51,188 nucleotides of DNA from Octopus bimaculoides (Eukaryota). Location of the stretch: assembly GCF_001194135.2 (NCBI RefSeq), contig NC_068983.1, positions 104,117,614 through 104,168,801 of the forward strand. Reading direction: 5' to 3'. Below the pieces are notes generated by a model, which did no database searches, was not told where the DNA came from, and saw only the letters and a list, made by a program, of their open reading frames with translations. The translations under genes and the position numbers were made by a program. This document shows positions 13,073-24,196 of this stretch, piece by piece (position 1 is the first letter of the stretch; each line of letters opens with the position of its first letter).

Positions 13073-13293
13073 ATGCGGCGAGCTGGCAAAATCATTAGCA
13101 CACCAGGCAAAATGCTTAGTAGTATTTCGTCTGCCGTTAGGTTTTGAGTTTGAATTCTGTTGAGGTCGACTTCGCCTTTCATCTTTTCAGGGTCGATAAA
13201 ATTAGTACCAGTTACATATTGGGATCGATGTAATTGACTTAATCCCTTTTCCCCACAATTTGAAGCCTTATGCTTCCAGTAGAAAAGATTTAT
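13073..13293 (+). mobile_element. SINE family B, full length
   Basis: GCGGCGAGCTGGCAAAATCATTAGCAC...CCAGTAGAAAAGATT. Confidence 0.85.
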
Positions 13294-14099
13294 TAAAGTT
13301 GAAAAACTGTGGCACACTGACATTCATATTTATTATATCAGATATGTTCAATTTTGGGGAAACTTTATTTCAGTCAAAGTGTATTTTATATGTGTGTGTA
13401 TGTATATATATCAATTAAAGAAAGTAAAAAATAAAATAAAAATGATAGTGTTCAGTATGTTAGCGATGGGAATTTCTGTTAAAGAAACATGGTTAAACAA
13501 AGTTGTGCATCATCTCTCTCTTTCTCTCACATACCCACTCTTTCTCTTTCTTTTATTATTATTCCCACTGCACCATCAACACTACTACTTTTAATAAAAC
13601 ATTATCAACTCTCCCTAAATTTCTTTGCCTCTTTCTCTCCCTCTCTTTTTCTTTCTTTCTTTCTCTCTCTCTCTCTCTGTCTTCGCCACCACCATTTTCA
13701 TGCCTACTATTACTCCCATCCCATCGTGAGGAATAGTAGGAGTGTCATCGAACAGTGAGAGAGGAGTCTAAGTGTGACACACTGACACACAGAAATTAGT
13801 TTTCGCATTTATTATATTAGAAGAAGCAACCAGTCCACTCTGTAAAGTGGTTGGTGTTAGGAAGGGCATCTGGCTGAAGTCACTTTCCCAATGTGCTGCA
13901 CAATTGGATTGAACTCAGAACCATGTGGTTGGGAAGCAAACTTCCTAGCCATGTAAACATGCCAAAATTCAAAGCACTACATGGGCAAAATCATTATAGT
14001 GTCAGACAAAATGCTTTACACTCTATGTTCTGCATTCAAATCCTGCCAAAGTCAACTTTGTGTTTCATCTTTTTGGGCCTGATATAATAAAGTACTAGT

Positions 14100-14494
14100 T
14101 AAGTACTGAGGTTAATTTAATCAATTAACTATAGCCACTAAATTCTTGGCCTTGTGTGACAATTATGAATGTTTAGTTTTCTAACTTCAACAAGGAGAAC
14201 CTCATATAGGATGTGAATAGCAATGGAATTTGTAGTACAAAACATTGTAGCAATATAATGTTTTAATCTGCTTCTGAACACACAAGCATGCACACACATG
14301 CACACACACACACATATTATTGCACAAAAACATCATGCTTATCCTGGCTTCAACACCCATCCTTAAAAAAACTTCTAGTATAAATGTATACATATATATA
14401 TTTATATGCATGTATATATGTATGTGTGTGTGTATATGTGTACATGTATGTATATATATATATTTATATATGTGTGTATAAATATATCTATATA

Positions 14495-14549
<55 letters not shown>

Positions 14550-15404
14550 ATATATATATAAAGATACATATAGATATATATAAATATATAATCATCACAT
14601 CATCATAATCTTTTAATGTCTATCTTACATGCTGGGATATATGCATGTATATATATATATATANNNNNNNNNNNNNNNNNNNNNNNNNNNNNNNNNNNNN
14701 NNNNNNNNNNNNNNNNNNNNNNNNNNNNNNNNNNNNNNNNNNNNNNNNNNNNNNNNNNNNNNNNNNNNNNNNNNNNNNNNNNNNNNNNNNNNNNNNNNNN
14801 NNNNNNNNNNNNNNNNNNNNNNNNNNNNNNNNNNNNNNNNNNNNNNNNNNNNNNNNNNNNNNNNNNNNNNNNNNNNNNNNNNNNNNNNNNNNNNNNNNNN
14901 NNNNNNNNNNNNNNNNNNNNNNNNNNNNNNNNNNNNNNNNNNNNNNNNNNNNNNNNNNNNNNNNNNNNNNNNNNNNNNNNNNNNNNNNNNNNNNNNNNNN
15001 NNNNNNNNNNNNNNNNNNNNNNNNNNNNNNNNNNNNNNNNNNNNNNNNNNNNNNNNNNNNNNNNNNNNNNNNNNNNNNNNNNNNNNNNNNNNNNNNNNNN
15101 NNNNNNNNNNNNNNNNNNNNNNNNNNNNNNNNNNNNNNNNNNNNNNNNNNNNNNNNNNNNNNNNNNNNNNNNNNNNNNNNNNNNNNNNNNNNNNNNNNNN
15201 NNNNNNNNNNNNNNNNNNNNNNNNNNNNNNNNNNNNNNNNNNNNNNNNNNNNNNNNNNNNNNNNNNNNNNNNNNNNNNNNNNNNNNNNNNNNNNNNNNNN
15301 NNNNNNNNNNNNNNNNNNNNNNNNNNNNNNNNNNNNNNNNNNNNNNNNNNNNNNNNNNNNNNNNNNNNNNNNNNNNNNNNNNNNNNNNNNNNNNNNNNNN
15401 NNNN

Positions 15405-15451
<47 letters not shown>

Positions 15452-15734
15452 CAATGTTATATACACATATATATATACATATACATGCATATACACACAT
15501 ACATGCATATATATATACACACACATATACATATACGTATATATATACATACATAAATATATATATACACACATGCACGCACACACATATATACATATAT
15601 ATACACACATACATACATATATACATACATACAAACATATATATATGTTCGTCTGTTATGTATATGTTTATAAATAACTATAATTATTTATCTATCAATA
15701 TATATATATATACATGTATGTATGTGTATATGTA

Positions 15735-15767
<33 letters not shown>

Positions 15768-16216
15768 GTGTGCATGTATATAGGTATGTGTGTATTTATG
15801 TGTATGTATAGGTATATATACCTATGTATGTATGTGTATACATACACACATACATACATATATACATACATACATACATATATATATACACATACATACA
15901 TACATACATACATACATGCGAACATACATATACATGTACATCTCCTCCAAATGCATACACATACACATGCACATATTTACATATTTATCCTCTGTAGTAA
16001 AGCAATAAATATAAAATGGTTGTTTCTTTTCAATGAAGATAATATCTTAGAACAAGTTTAAAAGAAGATGCAAGCATGTATATGCATGTAAATATATATA
16101 TGTATACACTCATACATGTATGTATATGTGTGCATGTGTGTGTGTGCATTTGTGTGTGTGTGTGCATTTGTGTGTGTGTGTGTATTTGTGTGTGTGTGTG
16201 TGTGCATGTGTGTGTG

Positions 16217-16255
<39 letters not shown>

Positions 16256-16290
16256 ATTTGTGTGTGTGTGCATTTGTGTGTGTCAGATCA
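14100..16290. repeat. Compound microsatellite field of (TA)n, (TATC)n, (TACA)n and (TG)n
   Basis: Direct reading; source of the spurious YIYI/HTHT/CVCV ORFs. Confidence 0.9.
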
Positions 16291-17152
16291 TATGAATGCC
16301 ATTTTTGCCTCTGCTCTCCATGGTGTCATTGTCAGACAAGTTATCACAATGTAATTCTTCGTGTGTTTTATTCTACCACCAATAGAAGAAATATGTTTTC
16401 CCCAACAAAACAATAGAATAGGATGTCTCTATTTATCAACCACTTTCATAGTGTCTGGGCTCTATATTATCGTACCACCTTTAGTCTCTGCAAGATAAAG
16501 GATTTTTCTTTGTGTAACATTGTCTATTGTAAAGAAGGTGAGTAGAAGAGACTGTGATGAAAGAGAGAAAACCAGAGTGAGAGGATGATAAAATAGGGAG
16601 TAAGGTGATAGAAACAGAGTAACAGGAGCAGAGGCTAATAGTAGGAGTAATGGAAGAATGTACGTGATAGACAGTTACATGATGGTTGTCGGTAAGGAGG
16701 TTGAATTGAAAGACAGCATGAATGGTATAATGAGGAAGAGAGTAATAGAAGATAGCAATGTTTTATTTAGGAAGAAGTAAGGTAAAAGAGAATGATGGAC
16801 AACAGTAATAATGTGCAATGGTTACAGAGAGCAATGTCTAGCCATAANNNNNNNNNNNNNNNNNNNNNNNNNNNNNNNNNNNNNNNNNNNNNNNNNNNNN
16901 NNNNNNNNNNNNNNNNNNNNNNNNNNNNNNNNNNNNNNNNNNNNNNNNNNNNNNNNNNNNNNNNNNNNNNNNNNNNNNNNNNNNNNNNNNNNNNNNNNNN
17001 NNNNNNNNNNNNNNNNNNNNNNNNNNNNNNNNNNNNNNNNNNNNNNNNNNNNNNNNNNNNNNNNNNNNNNNNNNNNNNNNNNNNNNNNNNNNNNNNNNNN
17101 NNNNNNNNNNNNNNNNNNNNNNNNNNNNNNNNNNNNNNNNNNNNNNNNNNNN

Positions 17153-17487
17153 TCAACAGAACAGCTTGCTCATGAAATTAACGTGCAACTGGCTGAGCAC
17201 TCCACAGACACGTGTACCCTTAACATAGTTCTCGGGGATATTCAGCGTGATACAGTGTGACAAGGCTGACCCTTTGAATTACAGGCACAACAGAAACAGG
17301 GAGTAAGAGTGAGAGAAAGTTGTGGTGAAAGAGTACAGCAGGCTTCGCCACCATCCCCTGCCGGAGCCTCGTGGAGCTTTAGGTGTTTACGCTCAATAAA
17401 CACTCACAATGCCCGGTCTGGGAATCGAAACCGCGATCTTATGACCGCAAGTCCGCTGCTCTAACCATTGGGCCATTGCGCCTCCAC
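17153..17487 (-). mobile_element. SINE family C, inserted into a family B SINE (remainder at 17488-17640)
   Basis: Highly similar to 932-1313; head GGAGGCGCAATGGCCCAATGGTTAG. Confidence 0.85.
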
Positions 17488-17800
17488 TGGTACTTACTTT
17501 ATCGACTCCAAAAGGATGAAAGGCAAAGTCAACCTCAATGGAATCTGACCTCATAATGTAAAGATGAGCAAAATGCTGCTAAGCATTTTGCTCAACATGC
17601 TAAACATTCTAAAGTTGACCACAGCTGTATTTGAACTCAAATGTAAAGAGCCAAGAGATGTCAAATGCCGTTAAGCAGTTTGTCTGCTGCCCTAATTTTC
17701 AGTTAGCAAGAAATAGTATGATATTAAGAGGCGGGAGTAGAGTGATAAGAGAAGCATATGATGGTTGAGAAGGTGACAAACATGCATATTTGTTCATATA

Positions 17801-18078
17801 TGTGGTCTGATCTATAAGTATCTGGACTGTTGCCATAGTAACGAAGCTAAAGCATGCAGAGGGAAGCTGCTTGGCACAGATTGACCGTCAATTCTTCTGT
17901 GCATGTGCACTAACTTTTAACATTCTAGCTCACTTCCTCTCTTTACAACAGTGCTTGGAAGGAATGTGTGTAGTGTGTGATCATCACATTGACCATAATA
18001 GGGAAAGTTGAGCAGAGAATCTGCATCAAGTGTTGCCAAAAGCTTGGTGATACCTGCTCGGAGGCCTATGTAAAGTAG
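17801..18078 (+). mobile_element. Mariner 5' fragment
   Basis: TA-TGTGGTCTGATCTATAAGTATCTGGACTG terminal-repeat-like start; peptide KVEQRICIKCCQKLGDTCSEAYVK matches a mariner N-terminus. Confidence 0.7.
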
Positions 18079-18149
18079 CTTAATCCGTTTGTCTGTCCTT
18101 GTTTGTCCCCTCTGTGTGTAGCCCCTTGTGGGTAGTAAAGAAATAAGAA

Positions 18150-18345
18150 ACATTAGCATGATGGGCAAAATGCTTAGTGGTATTTCGTCTGTCTTAGCAT
18201 TCTGAGTTCAAATTCCGCCAAGGTCAACTTTGCCTTTCATCGTTTCAGGGTCGATAAATTAAGTACCAGTTGCGTACTAGAGTCGATCTAATCGACTGGC
18301 CCCTCTCCCCCAAAATTTCAGGCCTTGAGCCTGGAGTAGAAAAGA
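18150..18345 (+). mobile_element. SINE family B lacking its first ~15 nt
   Basis: Family consensus from GAAACATTAGC to GTAGAAAAGAATATT. Confidence 0.85.
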
Positions 18346-18488
18346 ATATTGTTGATAAAGCTAAGAACATTGAGGGAAATGACTTTAATGGCTACCATGA
18401 TGGTATGATGCAGTTATCAAGGTGAATTTTTTCTGTTGCCTGAGATAGATGTGGTGTTTATTTTTGAAAGAAAAAAACATGGATGAGT

Positions 18489-18600
18489 CAGAAAGTAATG
18501 CAATTTTAATTTGTATTACTTTTTGACTTGTACTTTTAAATATGGGAATAAGCTAAAAAGTAATGCAAATAAAAATTGCATTACTTTCTGGTTCAACATT
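18489..18600. mobile_element. Small palindromic Tc1/mariner-type MITE
   Basis: 41-bp inverted repeat at 18489-18529 and 18550-18590; right end reads TA-ATGTTGAACCAGAAAGTAATGC on the minus strand. Confidence 0.5.
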
Positions 18601-18793
18601 ATATATTGGTCAGTTTGTTGTTGATGATGATGATGTTCTTATTGCTACTGTTGTCATTGTCATCATTGAAATATTAGTTAATGTATGTTAGTGTTTTAAC
18701 ACTAACATATGGTAGCTAATATTTCACACTGACACTAGGTAATTAGTATTTCACAAGGACACTAGTCAGTGATGTCTAACATATCCATGTATG

Positions 18794-19905
18794 GTCTTAC
18801 ACTCCAGGGGAAGAAACTGATTCCATCACACTCCAGGGATAGAAACTAGAAGTAGTTGATAGCTTTCGCTATCTAGGTGACCAAGTTAGTAGTGGGGGTG
18901 GATGCTCAGAGAGTGTTACCACAAGAATAAGAATAGCCTGGGCAAAGTTTAGAAAGCTTCTACCCCTACTGGTGACAAAGGGCTTCTCACACAGAGTGAA
19001 AGGTAGATTGTACGATGCATGTGTGTGAACTGCCATGCTTCACGGCAGTGAAACATGGGCCATGACTTCGGAGGACATGCGTAGGCTTGAAAGAAATGAA
19101 GCTAGCATGATCCGCTGGATGTGTAATGTCAGTGTGCACACACGACAGAGTGTAAGCGCCCTGAGAGAAATGTTGGACTTAAGAAGCATCGGATGTGGTG
19201 TGCAAGAGAGACATTTACGCTGGTATGGTCATGTACTATGGATGGATGAGGAGAGATGTGTGAAGAAGTGCCACTCCCAAACAGTTGAAGGAATCCAGGG
19301 TAGAGGTAGACCCAGGAAGACATGAAATGAGGTGGTCAAGCATGACCTTCGAACGTTGGGCCTCACAGAGGCAATGACGAAAGACCGAAACCTCTGGAGA
19401 TATGCTGTGACTGCGAAGACCCGACAAATAAAGTGAGTTCATGGCGTATCCTACACCAGCTTCACATAACCAGTCCCAGCCCATTCAAGTACCTTGGATT
19501 GTAGGGCAACCTGCTGTGCTTGAGGAGATCTTGAGTCAAGTACATCAACATCAAAATAAAAATCAAATGGAAATTGTAGTCGTGACACCCGTGCTGGTGG
19601 CACGTAAAAAGCACCACCCGAATGTGGCTGATGCCAGCACCACCTTGACTGGCTTCTGTGCTGGTGGCACGTAAAAAGCACCAACCGATCGTGGCCATTG
19701 CCAGCCTCCCCTGGTCCCTGTGCCGGTGGCACATAAAAAGAACCCACTACTTTCACAGAGTGGATGGTGCTAGGAAGGGCATCCAGCTGTAGAAACACTG
19801 CCAGATCAGACTGGAGCCTCCTGGCTTCCCAAACCCTGGTCGAACCGTCCAACCCATGCTAGCATGGAAAACGGACATTAAACGATGATGATGATGATGA
19901 TGTTG
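18794..19905 (+). mobile_element. RTE-clade LINE, 5'-truncated (ORF C-terminus, 3'UTR, (GAT)n tail)
   Basis: KLEVVDSFRYLGDQVSSGGGCSESVTTRIRIAW...AMLHGSETW...LRWYGHV...RGRGRPRKT-like...DRNLWRYAV with in-frame stops; possible TSD ATGTATG at 18787-18793 and 19906-19912. Confidence 0.92.
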
Positions 19906-19924
19906 ATGTATGTTAGTGTTAAAA

Positions 19925-20330
19925 TTTGTTATCTCATATCCCTCTGAATTACTAATTATTTAATGTCAATATGAAATACTTGTGCCAGTGTTAAACACTA
20001 GTTAACTAATGTCCCTTTGAAATACTAGTTAATTAACGACAGTGGGAAACTAGTTAAAGTTCAATGTGAAATATTAGTTGACTTATGTTAGTATTATGTT
20101 GACTTATGTTAGTATTATGTTGACTTATGTTAGTATTATGTTGACTTATGTTAGTATTAAATACTAGTTATCTTATATCTCTCTGAAATACTGGTTAACC
20201 AATGTCGATACGAAGTATTAGTGTCAGTGTTAAACACTAGCTAACTATTGTCTCTATGAAATACTAGTTAACTAACAACAGTGAGAAACTAGTTAACTAA
20301 GTTCAATGTGAAATATTAGTTAACTAGTGT
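19925..20330. repeat. Hierarchical repeat: two ~155-bp units separated by four copies of a 21-bp minisatellite
   Basis: (TGTTGACTTATGTTAGTATTA)x4 at about 20075-20160; the units share GTGTTAAACACTAG.TAACTA...AAGTTCAATGTGAAATATTAGTT. Confidence 0.9.
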
Positions 20331-20419
20331 TGGTGTAAAATATTTAACCTGTAGTGTCAGTGTGTAATTGTATCAAGCTGGTATATGAGTAGTTGTCTGG
20401 GTCAGTTAAGATGGCAATG

Positions 20420-20650
20420 AGGCATTCTAAAACACCAGAGAATATTTCAATATTTATTAGATTTGAAATTAATATGTTCAACTTGGATTTTAAGAATCAT
20501 TCCCTTGTGTATTCTGATGATGATAAACACAGAAAAATATATTAAAAACTTAGTTGTAATAATTTTCTTGTGTAAATTAATCAGTCTTTGTATATTTTTC
20601 TTAATACTATAATCACCATTGGCATAATTGTAGATCAGTTTTCACTACGT
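20420..20650 (-). mobile_element. Decayed Penelope-like ORF N-terminal fragment (copy 2)
   Basis: IKKNIQRLINLHKKIITTKFLIYF...IHKGMILKIQ resembles the PLE N-terminal LEKL..K...FL..C...IPKG motif. Confidence 0.45.
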
Positions 20651-20799
20651 TTTAGGTTCTTCATAGTTTTTGTTTTGTTGTGTTTTTGTGTTTTTGCTTG
20701 TTTGTTTTTGTTTTTGTTTTTTTGTTTTTTTTAAAAACTCATCAGTATTTTACAGACATGTAATATGAATACACTTTGTATTCAAAGTGCTGTGAGTTG

Positions 20800-21300
20800 G
20801 TATTGAAAATTTGAAATTCTTAAGAAGATTTAGTTAACTCAGATATGAGAATGTTTGACCTCATAAATGACATAATTCTTTGTGTTGCTTTTTTCTCATT
20901 AGTGTCAGAGGAAAAGGGGACAGTTTCCATGATCTTTGTAGATTCATTTAGACTAGTGGATATTCTGTTTGAATATCTGCAGGCCACTGTCTGTAAGAAA
21001 GAAAACATGGATTGTGGTATGAATTCCACAGGAAACACTTCTGATGAGAGAAAAACTGGAAAAAGTGTCGGGTACCAGATCTGAGAGGCTGACACACAGT
21101 AAGAGTGATGGGACAATGAGAAATGAGTGTGTTTGGTGCTCTTGTGTGAAGAGGGTATTCAAATAAGTGGAGGACTTTGTAGTAGTGGTAGAAAAGGGCT
21201 CAGAGAGAAAACAGAGATTGTGAGCTAGTGGTTGAAATGTGTTAGGGGTTGAATATTTTCCACTCAGCAGGTTAGCCCTTTTTTCATTGCAATTTAAGAT
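20800..21300 (-). mobile_element. Probable decayed Penelope-like ORF start downstream of a hammerhead-bearing terminal repeat
   Basis: Directly follows the left arm of the fold-back on the minus strand (AAATTGCAATG shared by both arms); long stop-poor frames; protein similarity is only weak. Confidence 0.35.
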
Positions 21301-21310
21301 ATATATATAT

Positions 21311-21860
21311 ATGTTAAACAGGATGTCAAACATTAAGGCAAGGCAAACATCTCAAGTCATATACAATATTACTATAGGAAGAGATTCAAAATCTTACAGC
21401 TGTTTCTGGGATACCTCCGAGTATGGGATATTCTGTCATCAAAGACAAATTGGGGAAAAAGATATGGAAAATGAGAATGGTATATATCAATAAGATGACA
21501 ACATAGAGGAAGGGAGTAAAAGAATAAGGAGATGGAAAGAAAGAAGAAAAAAGAAGCATAAAAGTTTATAGTTCGACTTTCCGAAGCATGAGTTGAACTA
21601 TAAACTTTTATGCTTCTTTTTCTTCCTTCTTTCCATCTCCTTATTCTTTTACTCCCTTCCTCTATGTTGTCATCTTATTGATATATACCATTCTCATTTT
21701 CCATATCTTTTTTCCCCAATTTGTCTTTGATGACAGAATATCCCATACTCGGGGATATCCCAGAAACAGCTGTAAGATTTTGAATTTCTTCCTATAATAA
21801 TATTGTAGATGACTTGAGATGTTTGCCTTGCCTTAATGTTTGATGTCCTGTTTGACAATT
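21311..21860. repeat. Long inverted repeat (fold-back) of PLE-type terminal repeats
   Basis: Arms 21311-21578 and 21591-21860 with a 12-nt loop TTCCGAAGCATG; by manual alignment 10 substitutions and 2 one-base indels. Confidence 0.95.
21723..21778 (+). ncRNA. Degenerate type I hammerhead motif (mirror copy at 21391-21446, minus strand)
   Basis: GTCT-TTGATGA-(stem II ATATCCC/GGGATAT)-GAAAC-AGCT-GTA-AGAT; stem I pairs, C3 is changed to T, palindromic ACAGCTGT stem III. Confidence 0.6.
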
Positions 21861-21998
21861 ATATATCTGCTGCATCGGAAAATTGCAATGGCGCCATAAC
21901 TACCATCTTGGCTATAAACTTGGAGCCCCAGTAAACCGTTACAGCACTTACCTAACGTACTTAATCGTTTAGATCACCTGTGAACTAAGCTCCCATAC

Positions 21999-22061
<63 letters not shown>

Positions 22062-22062
<1 letters not shown>

Positions 22063-22228
22063 GGTACAAGTGTAGCTATGTGGTAAGAAGCTTGCTTTCC
22101 AACCACATGGTTCTGGGTTCAGTTCCACTGCATGGTATCTTGGGCAAGTGTCTTCTACTATAGCCTTGGGCTGACCAAAGCCTTATGAGTAGATTTGGTA
22201 GATGAAAATTGAAAGAAGCCCATTATAT
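22062..22228 (+). mobile_element. SINE family A, 5' half
   Basis: GTGTAGCTATGTGGTAAGAAGCTTGCTTTCCAACCACATGG...GAAAGAAGCCC. Confidence 0.8.
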
Positions 22229-22233
22229 GTATA

Positions 22234-23050
22234 TATTGGGTCATCCCATAAATAATGTGGTGTTTTTATACTTCTCTTATTTATCAAAATTAAGATAAAC
22301 AAAGTTCTTTTTAAATTTAAAATATACTCTCCTTCATTTTATTCAGTGCTCTTCCATCTATCTGGTAGACTTGCAAGGCCCCTCTTCCAAAATTCACTTG
22401 TCCATGAAGAAAAATATTCCTCCAATACTGTTCTAACTTTATCTATAGAATTCATATTTTTTCCATCCAAATGCAGAATAAATGATAATCAAATGGGGCA
22501 ATGTCTGGCGAATATGTTGGGTGGTGCATTGCTTCCCATTGAAACTGCTGCAGCCTTTGGAATGTCATCCTTGCTGTATGTGGCTGAGCATTATCCTGAC
22601 GGAAGAACACCATTCATCTTAAAACCCAATTTGCTGACTTTTCCGATGGCATGCAGGTGCTGTTGAATGGTTTAATGACCAGATCCAAGCTTCTCTGCTT
22701 GTTCCTCAACAATTACGATGGGATTTTGTTCCTACAGGCTTTGCAGGACGTCCTCATCGAGCTCTACAGATCTTCCAGCACAAAGCTCATTTTCTAGGCT
22801 GTGGCTTCCAGCTCAGAATTTCTGGAACCACCATTGACACTGGCTTACGCTTATTGTCTGATCCCCATATACTGCATTAACATTCCTCGCACTTTCCATT
22901 GCATTGTAGCCATTATTAAACAGGTTAAGCAAAATATGCTGAATATGCTCCTTTGTCACTTCTTTTATAGCGTTGAACAAATAACTGTTAAAATCAAACT
23001 GCTCTCTTCAAAACTTGCACTAAGAATAAGGACAAGGTAAAATTACTACC
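22234..23050 (-). mobile_element. Mariner remnant with internal deletion
   Basis: Terminal TATTGGGTCATCCCATAAATAATG; minus-strand peptides EVTKEHIQHILL..FNNGYNAMESARNVNAVYGD and EFWKRGLASLPDRW...NEGEYI. Confidence 0.8.
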
Positions 23051-24196
23051 TGCTTTTCTTGCAAGTTGAAGCAGGTAGTTTATCCCATCTCCCTCCACAC
23101 AGAGACTCAGTATTAGTTTTGTACCAATCTTCCTAGGACCAGAGCCAGCAGTAGGAAATGCAGGGCCTAATTAGGAAATTGTCAATGGAGGCCCTCTACT
23201 CTACAAAAGCTGGAAATTGATGTTTTATGCTTCATGTAGTATGCCAGTCCCAGACAAAAAGCATTGAGGTATTGAGGCTCCACCATTAGCCTCAACAATA
23301 TACTAAAGATTCATCATACCAGCCTCTGCTTAAGCATGTGTGTGGAGCCCTCTCTTGGTGCAGGGCCCAGTCTGAACAAATATGTCTAATTGGCTTCAAA
23401 CCAGCCCTGCCTAGAAGTATTAATTGTATAATATATAAATTAATAATGATAATAATAATAATCATCAACATCATCATCCTCTTCATCATCGTCATTTTGC
23501 ATTCAGTTTTCCATGCTGTCATGGTTTGAATGTTTTTTTTTTGTTTTGTCTTTTGAGGCAATGTTTTACAGCTGGATGCTCTTCCAGCTCTTACAGCATG
23601 CAGGAACACATGGCACCAATTCTAAGACCAGAATACATCTGTAACTAAATTTTAACTATGTTGACTACAAACAAGGGTACACTAAGCTAATACTATGACC
23701 AATGACTTCATTCTCTATCTCTATGCTTTTGAAACAACAATTTGATCCCGAAAGTATCTGAATATATTTGCATATATCAGATTTAATCATTAATATGCTT
23801 TGAAATGGCTTCTGTAATTTTCAACTATAACATCTATATACCTATTTTCCCTTTCTCTTTCTCTCTTTCTCTCTCTCTCTCTCTCCCTCTCCCTCTCCCT
23901 CTCTTTCTCTCTATCTCTATCCCACTTTTTCTCTTTTGATGTATATATATTATATTAAAAAAGTTTAAGAGGTTTCGCATGAATAGATTTTTATTAAAAA
24001 GATAAAGAAAATGCTTTGAGAACTTTGTCATGGATAAAAGTAAAAATGCATTCATGCTTTTATCAAGATATGCTTCCAGTTTCAATTACTTTAAAAAGAC
24101 AATGCTGAAATAAAAGGTAAAATAAACTGAAAAAGAAAAAAGAAATAAAATACTTTTATTCAGGACTCAAGACATTTTCGTTTTTTTTGTTATATA

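Noticed and set aside
7441-16416. Long ORFs rich in YI, HT, CV or X
   Set aside because: Translations of (TA)n, (CA)n and (TG)n microsatellites and N gaps; not coding evidence.
20075-20160. CRISPR-like regular repeats
   Set aside because: Contiguous tandem 21-mers without unique spacers, in a eukaryotic genome.
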